From an uncultured virus (IMG/VR IMGVR_UViG_3300027865_000006) (lineage: Duplodnaviria > Heunggongvirae > Uroviricota > Caudoviricetes), in the IMG/VR virus record IMGVR_UViG_3300027865_000006: a DNA stretch of 20,000 bases. One strand, given 5' to 3'. The notes beneath the pieces are model-generated. The model was not told the origin of the DNA and did not search any database. It saw only the letters and a list, made by a program, of their open reading frames with translations. Shown piece by piece: positions 15,232 to 20,000 of the stretch (positions are counted from its first letter, which is position 1; each line of letters starts with the position of its first letter). A program made the position numbers and the translations under genes.

Positions 15232-15731
15232 TCTTTGCTCGCTTTCTCCGCGCACTCCCCGCATACCAAGCTCCCGTCCTCGATGTGCCGGAAAGAACTC
15301 ACTACGGTTCCGCATTTGGGGCATGGGAACAGTGCATGGTTTCGGCGCGGGTTTTTCGAGCCCTCGGGCTGCTTGGACTCTAGATTGGATTTCCCAGTAT
15401 AATCTCTGACCTCGACAGCTCTTACATCATCACCCTTATCAAGGATCAATCGGTTTATGGCTTCCCAGTGGAGTTCACGATTTTGTTCTACTAACTCAAA
15501 GGCTTCCTCGAGTGTAAAAGCTAGGTGGTGGCTGTGGTGTGCTACTCCGCAACTGAGTTTTGCTATCTCCTCGGTAATAGCGCCGGCGTCGTGTAGTCCT
15601 TTTGGCAGTTTATGGTGGTATAGTCCGGTTATAGTGTCTCTGAGCACTACAGCGTGCACTTTGTCTGTTTTGGCGTCCCGTGCTGTACTGACCACATAAA
15701 CTTCGTCTCCCAGTGTGAACTTGTTTTTCAT
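15228..15731 (-). CDS. Hypothetical protein: KFxxGDxV SH3/KOW-like start and C-terminal zinc ribbon (167 aa)
   Basis: Start moved to ATG 15731 (SD AGGGAGGA); CPKCG...VCGEC. Confidence 0.8.
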   Translation of the reverse strand: MKNKFTLGDEVYVVSTARDAKTDKVHAVVLRDTITGLYHHKLPKGLHDAGAITEEIAKLSCGVAHHSHHLAFTLEEAFELVEQNRELHWEAINRLILDKGDDVRAVEVRDYTGKSNLESKQPEGSKNPRRNHALFPCPKCGTVVSSFRHIEDGSLVCGECAEKASKE

Positions 15732-15839
15732 TCGTTCCTCCCTTTGGTTTTTGAACCTATCAATTTTTAGTTGAAATAGCCAGCGGGTTTCTGCTAAGGT
15801 GCTCCTCAACTCATGTGGGCGTAAATCTACTTGGGTTGC

Positions 15840-15942
15840 GCGAGGGCGCTCCTTCACAATAGGAGTAGCAGTAAGAAGTATTCTTGCCGCTGGAGGCTCA
15901 TTCACCATCATGATTGATCACCGAAGGCCCTCGTTTTCTTTC
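15840..15942 (+). ncRNA. Candidate structured RNA C (multibranch, in the divergent intergenic region)
   Basis: Closing stem CGAGGGC(15841-47)/GCCCTCG(15927-33); hairpins GCTCCT/AGGAGT and AGCAGTAAGAA/TTCTTGCCGCT; then TTTTCTTT. Confidence 0.45.
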
Positions 15943-15959
15943 ACCTTCAAGGTTTAACC

Positions 15960-16256
15960 ATGAGGAAAAATTTATACGTCACTTGTGCAGCGATTCATTA
16001 CGATACGAAGAAATATTACCCCTTCCAGCAGCCAGTCAATATTGACCACGGTATCGTGGTTTGTGGCTGGAATCATCGCCACTGCTTAGTTATGGGGCGT
16101 ATGGCTCAAATCCCGAAAAGAACTAAACGTACTCTAGGTTTCATCACGAGTCGGCGGGAATTCATTGATCCTGTAAAAGCTGCTGAAATAGCTCTTAAAG
16201 CCGGACAAATTCCACCAGAAGAGTGGGCAGAAGGGGCAGAACTTTATGTTCTCTAA
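15960..16256 (+). CDS. Hypothetical phage-type protein, paralogue 1 of the CAAIH-HGIVxCG-GFxTS-AGQ family (98 aa)
   Basis: Aligns throughout with 16787-17164. Confidence 0.85.
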   Translation: MRKNLYVTCAAIHYDTKKYYPFQQPVNIDHGIVVCGWNHRHCLVMGRMAQIPKRTKRTLGFITSRREFIDPVKAAEIALKAGQIPPEEWAEGAELYVL

Positions 16257-16280
16257 AGTACGAGAAAGTAAGGAATTACC

Positions 16281-16790
16281 ATGGAATGGATTGGCGTAGA
16301 CCTTGATAAAACTCTTGCGGAATACCATGACTTCCAGGGTATGCTGCATATCGGCAAACCGATTCCCAAGATGGTTGCCAGGGTAGTAGACTGGCTAGCT
16401 GAAGGGCGCACAGTCAAGATACTGACGGCCAGAGCGTACCCAAATGGCATGATTAATCGGGACACTCCTACAGTAGGGGGTACTCCACTTCACCTTATTA
16501 TAAAGGCTATCCAAGATTGGTGCACGGAGCACATAGGGCAGGCCTTAGAGGTAACATGTGTCAAAACCATTCACATGACTGAGTTATGGGATGATCGCGC
16601 TGTGCAAGTGGTACCCAATACCGGCGAACGAGTCGGTGAGGGGAGCTCGAAAACAGCAGATTTCAATCCGGACGCTTTCGCGCAGGGGTATGCTGACCTT
16701 CTCCATGAAGTTGAGCAGCTTCGTAAACACCGTGCCACATTAGTGGTGAAGTACGAGAAATTGAGAGCTAAATATGAGGGGCAAGTATGA
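16281..16790 (+). CDS. Capless HAD-superfamily phosphatase, phage type, with coiled-coil tail (169 aa)
   Basis: WIGVDLDKTLA (motif I DxDxT), ILTAR (motif II), K, LWDDRA (motif IV). Confidence 0.85.
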   Translation: MEWIGVDLDKTLAEYHDFQGMLHIGKPIPKMVARVVDWLAEGRTVKILTARAYPNGMINRDTPTVGGTPLHLIIKAIQDWCTEHIGQALEVTCVKTIHMTELWDDRAVQVVPNTGERVGEGSSKTADFNPDAFAQGYADLLHEVEQLRKHRATLVVKYEKLRAKYEGQV

Positions 16791-17164
16791 CTGAAGCAAA
16801 GTATAGTAAAGCAGAAATCAGCCAAACCACTTCCAGCCAAACCACTTTTCGTTACACTACTGACGAGGCAGGTCCGGGGCACATTCTCTGTGCTGCGATT
16901 CACTTCAAAACCGAAAATGCTTACGCACACCAGCCTCGTAACATCGAGCACGGTATCGTGCTTTGTGGTTGGCGGCACCATAACTGTATCGCTATCGCCA
17001 GCGCTATGCACATACCCAAGAGCACTAAGTATGTTCAAGGCTTCCTCACGAGCAAAGGTATGTTCGTGGATCGGGAAGAAGGCGCTGCAATGGCAATCGC
17101 TGCCGGTCAGGTCGAAGAAGGCGCTCAGATTTCCAAATGCCTAACTAGCGAAGATCTCTACTAA
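16787..17164 (+). CDS. Hypothetical phage-type protein, paralogue 2 (125 aa)
   Basis: CAAIHF...QPRNIEHGIVLCGWRHHNC...QGFLTS..FVDREE...AGQ...LTSEDLY; coupled to both neighbours. Confidence 0.85.
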   Translation: MTEAKYSKAEISQTTSSQTTFRYTTDEAGPGHILCAAIHFKTENAYAHQPRNIEHGIVLCGWRHHNCIAIASAMHIPKSTKYVQGFLTSKGMFVDREEGAAMAIAAGQVEEGAQISKCLTSEDLY

Positions 17165-17832
17165 TGGATGATTGGCCTGTGGTTCCTTTGTGCTCTAAGC
17201 AGCTTTTAGACGTGAATTCTAGGGATATTTTAGAGGGAGGTCTGTATCGGAAGTGTAATGTGTATAAGGGCGGTGGGGGTTACGATCAGTTCCCAGCCAT
17301 ATATAAGAAACGCTTTGGGCGTGCAGAAGATCCAGTTCAGTTTGTGGTCCAGCTTAAAGGGTGTCCTTTAAAATGCCCTTACTGTTACGTGACTCGGCAG
17401 GGAGTTTGGGGGGACGCTATAGAAGTTTCTACGCTCTCAATGTTGCAGGCATACGACAGAACCGGATTGGATATTTTTCATTTAATGGGAGGAGCACCAG
17501 CAATATATCTACACCGTTGGAAAGAATTGGCCTCTAAGGTCAAAGTGTTTCACAGTGATTTATTACTAGTAGAGAGTCTTTACCGAAGCAAAGACTTAAA
17601 GGATTTGCCAGGGCTCCATGCGGTCTCGTTTAAGGAACGTCACATATATCCATCAGCTTGGATACCTAACATTTGGCGGAACTTGGAAAAACTCATAGAA
17701 AATCGAGTCAACTTTTACATAACCTTTACAGGCTCCGATGAGTTTAGTTCTGAAATTATTGAGCGTTTTGGCCCTGAAGTCTTAGAAGATAGTTTTATAA
17801 TTCCTGTCAAACAGTACAAAGCCCTAGATTAA
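17164..17832 (+). CDS. Short radical SAM enzyme (222 aa)
   Basis: GCPLKCPYCYV (CxxxCxxC) and FHLMGGAP (GGEP-like); TAATG coupling to upstream gene. Confidence 0.88.
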   Translation: MDDWPVVPLCSKQLLDVNSRDILEGGLYRKCNVYKGGGGYDQFPAIYKKRFGRAEDPVQFVVQLKGCPLKCPYCYVTRQGVWGDAIEVSTLSMLQAYDRTGLDIFHLMGGAPAIYLHRWKELASKVKVFHSDLLLVESLYRSKDLKDLPGLHAVSFKERHIYPSAWIPNIWRNLEKLIENRVNFYITFTGSDEFSSEIIERFGPEVLEDSFIIPVKQYKALD

Positions 17833-17912
17833 CAGTTCACTTGTCCCCCCGTCACTACTGTGCGACACTGTAATTTACTCGGTAGTTAGTCAACCATCCC
17901 CCCTTTAACTCA

Positions 17913-18018
17913 GAGTCCCCTCGACCAAATTGCTCTGAGGACCGGCTACCGGGTATCTCTTTGCTCTTGCCTATTACACCCCCTTTTTGGTAGCTTCAAT
18001 TCTCGGGTTGAGGGACTC
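17913..18018 (+). ncRNA. Candidate structured RNA D (rod-like hairpin with large C/U-rich loop)
   Basis: GAGTCCCCTCGACC(17913-26)/GGTTGAGGGACTC(18006-18), AATTG/CAATT, GCTACCGGG(17945-53)/TTTGGTAGC(17986-94). Confidence 0.5.
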
Positions 18019-18076
18019 GAAAACCAAATTATAAGGTGATGAGGGATGCTTCATCTTTCGCCTAAAAGGAGGGAAA

Positions 18077-18268
18077 TTGCCTAAACTAAAAGATTGCCCA
18101 AATCCAACTTGTATCCAGCCAGGAGACCACCTAGCCATTGCGGGACACTCCGAGTTAGGACATTGGGTCGTATGCCGTGCGTGCCACGTACGCGGGCCAC
18201 AATTACGTGACTGCGACGGAGCTGCTCAGGCTTGGAACAACCTACCAAGGAAAGAGGTGTCAAAGTGA
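18077..18268 (+). CDS. Lar-like restriction alleviation zinc-ribbon protein (63 aa)
   Basis: LKDCP...C...VVCRAC..RGP......A..AWN pattern of the Lar family; TTG start with SD AAGGAGG. Confidence 0.7.
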   Translation: MPKLKDCPNPTCIQPGDHLAIAGHSELGHWVVCRACHVRGPQLRDCDGAAQAWNNLPRKEVSK

Positions 18269-18864
18269 GTCGTCAGCCATGGCAAAAAGCGAGACTTGAA
18301 GTGCTCACAAGAGCACGCAACCTAGTCCACCACTTGCACGAATGTTTCACTTCGAAAGAAGCACATTATCGAGAGACTATATGGAGCATTCAGCACGATA
18401 CAGCGAGCATCACTTCAAAGGACTATGAGAATACCGCGATGCTCCGCGTGTACACTGACTTGGTGTACGATAGGCTACTTCCGGAAGATTTCCGGGAGCG
18501 TCTTGGGGTCATCTTAGTGCATGGTTTAGTGGGCCTTACGCAACATTCGTGGCTCTGCGTCGAAGGCAATGTGCGCGAAGTCGGGGCAGAGCCCGACAGA
18601 TGCGAGGCGCTTGTACGCACGATACATAGATCCTCAGCGGGCTTGTTGTATTGGCGTGTCATAGTGGATATTTGTGCGCCCGAAATAGAGCCTTCAATAA
18701 TCCTCATAGCCCCTACGTCGCCACTAATGCCCCAGTACACCGAACAGGAACGGTTTACCGAGCCTGTGGACTACTCCGAAATTATACTCGCCCCAAGGGA
18801 GGGAGCTGCCGATGAGTCCCAAGAGGACCGCATCATGAAGGCGCTCATACACAAACATGTCTGA
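18265..18864 (+). CDS. Hypothetical protein, possible degenerate transglutaminase/papain-like fold (199 aa)
   Basis: GTG start 18265 (GTGA overlap, SD GAGG); LVHG....HSW...IVDI pattern. Function call is weak. Confidence 0.7.
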   Translation: MSRQPWQKARLEVLTRARNLVHHLHECFTSKEAHYRETIWSIQHDTASITSKDYENTAMLRVYTDLVYDRLLPEDFRERLGVILVHGLVGLTQHSWLCVEGNVREVGAEPDRCEALVRTIHRSSAGLLYWRVIVDICAPEIEPSIILIAPTSPLMPQYTEQERFTEPVDYSEIILAPREGAADESQEDRIMKALIHKHV

Positions 18865-19405
18865 TAGAAGAGCAGATCAGCGATATGGAAGGTTCACCGA
18901 GACTCGGCCAGGAGTAGAGGCTAAGCAAGGCGTAGCCAAACGCTTTCGGGTCAAAACCTGGGGCAAGATGTGCGACTTCAATTATCAGTACAAGCCTGGG
19001 GAGATATGGCTGGTTCACGCGAGCCGTAACGGTGGGCCAATCACCGAGCACTACACGCTTATTGGCGAAACTCCTGAAGAGTGGGAGAAGAAGCACAAGC
19101 ATTGCTCGCTATGTCCACGTATGCGCACGAAGATGCGTTTCGCTACAGTAGGATTGACCTCTCAGGAAGAGATGGAAGAGAACTTCCTGCACTTACGAAA
19201 CAACCTACTTTTTGAGAAGGATTGGACAGTGAACTTGAAGTTTGATTTCGTCGTAGGATACTTCAACCTAATACAGCCGATAGCCTTTGAGCCGTGGAAA
19301 GGCATAAACGACCGTACAGCTATGCCACCCATCGCAGAGAGGCCTATACGAACTGGTGGAATGGTTGTGGATCAGCACTCATTTAGGGAGGAGGACCATG
19401 ACTGA
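18857..19405 (+). CDS. Hypothetical protein, possibly ASCH/PUA-like (182 aa)
   Basis: RVKTW...GEIWLVHAS...L.QPIAFEP resembles ASCH elements; fold call tentative. Confidence 0.65.
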   Translation: MSDRRADQRYGRFTETRPGVEAKQGVAKRFRVKTWGKMCDFNYQYKPGEIWLVHASRNGGPITEHYTLIGETPEEWEKKHKHCSLCPRMRTKMRFATVGLTSQEEMEENFLHLRNNLLFEKDWTVNLKFDFVVGYFNLIQPIAFEPWKGINDRTAMPPIAERPIRTGGMVVDQHSFREEDHD

Positions 19406-20000
19406 TTTATTGTGCCTCACTGTTACGAAAGACCGGCCTCATTTCATGCCGTGGCTCGCAACGGTGTTCAGGCGGATTGAGTGGCCCTGGGGTGAGAAAC
19501 ACTTAGCAGTGTTCGTGGACGGAGCTGCAGGGCCTTATAAAGAAATGCTGCCTGCTGTAGCTCGACGACTGGACCAACCTGCGCCTGTAGACATCAGTAT
19601 TCACGCTACCGCAATATACAACTCACTCGGAGACCACAGGCAGCATGCACTGGAAGTAGCTTGTTCCATTGCACGGTACAAAGCGGGCCTCCACAGCACT
19701 TGGATTACTTGGATGGATGATGATGACTGGCGGCATCCGGCTATGGCGAAGAGCGTCTTCCAGGCTACTAGAGGCTTGCTGCACAGCGATCAACTAAGGC
19801 TCATTGTCCCCCGGTGCGGACGTAATGTGCTCATCGATGTAGCTACTGGGCGCTGGGCAGAAACTCCCAAGCAAGTGCACTGGTATGAAACTATGATTCG
19901 AGCCGATTTAGCCTTGGAGCTCGAACCCTTCATGCCGGTGAACATCTCCGAGGATTACTACTGGCACCAAAACGCTGTGAGCCTCGCAGAAGCCCTTGGG
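19398..20000 (+). CDS. GT-A fold family 2-like glycosyltransferase (3' truncated)
   Basis: Open frame from ATG 19398 (SD GGAGGAGG): MTDLLCLTVTKDRPHFM...VFVDG...SLGDHRQHAL...WITWMDDDDW..P...NISEDYYW, i.e. the T.xR, DG, G..R, DDD and ED motifs. Not in the ORF track. Confidence 0.8.
   Translation, partial: MTDLLCLTVTKDRPHFMPWLATVFRRIEWPWGEKHLAVFVDGAAGPYKEMLPAVARRLDQPAPVDISIHATAIYNSLGDHRQHALEVACSIARYKAGLHSTWITWMDDDDWRHPAMAKSVFQATRGLLHSDQLRLIVPRCGRNVLIDVATGRWAETPKQVHWYETMIRADLALELEPFMPVNISEDYYWHQNAVSLAEALG

Larger units (their letters stand above)
1..20000. mobile_element. Bacteriophage/prophage genome segment (early/middle replication and accessory region)
   Basis: High density of short coupled ORFs, RecD2-like helicase, orphan DNA MTases, Lar-like and phage-type HAD proteins, Cys-rich mini-proteins, no host operons. 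No capsid or terminase gene here, so a phage-plasmid/ICE is not excluded. Confidence 0.8.

Noticed and set aside
6974..15960. Invertible segment bounded by inverted repeats
   Set aside because: Only a 7-bp AAAAACC/GGTTTTT match was seen between the edges, which is chance level.
16819..16847. Short in-frame tandem duplications (CAGCCAAACCACTT x2; also GCGTTAGTG x2 near 452)
   Set aside because: Ordinary slippage duplications with no frame effect.
16047..16972. DGR template/variable repeat pair
   Set aside because: Mismatches are not adenine-specific, both copies are coding, and no reverse transcriptase is present.
292..19102. Opposite-strand and nested ORFs in the track (e.g. 1574-1930, 9859-10185, 12401-12835, 16571-17038) and long N-terminal extensions
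   Set aside because: They shadow better-supported genes, lack SDs or motifs, and downstream starts show clear SD or stop-start coupling.
1..20000. Alternative genetic code
   Set aside because: TAA, TGA and TAG all end well-coupled genes and the long enzymes are uninterrupted.

Overview
The window looks like a segment of a large dsDNA phage or prophage genome: dense small ORFs, ATGA/TAATG-coupled genes, standard genetic code, no structural genes and no host housekeeping operon. It has three transcription blocks. (1) Plus strand, 1-7010: C-terminus of a beta-clamp-like gene, three hypotheticals, two structured intergenic elements, a RecD2-like SF1B helicase, small Cys-rich, XRE and membrane genes, and a lipoprotein. 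(2) Minus strand, 6974-15731: a serine recombinase coupled to two LexA-DNA-binding-domain-only genes, a run of membrane-anchored proteins, two orphan DNA methyltransferases, a palindrome-dense AT-rich intergenic region, and many small modular Cys-rich genes. (3) Plus strand, 15960-20000: a HAD phosphatase between two paralogous unknown genes, a radical SAM enzyme, a Lar-like protein, transglutaminase-like and ASCH-like candidates, and a GT2 glycosyltransferase running off the end. Three genes missed by the ORF track were read directly (1-117, 7965-8084, 19398-20000). The most unusual signals are several 75-110 nt structured intergenic elements, some complementary to this genome's own ribosome-binding sites, and the candidate modification cluster at the right end. 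All family calls come from motif recognition by eye. No searches or folding programs were run.
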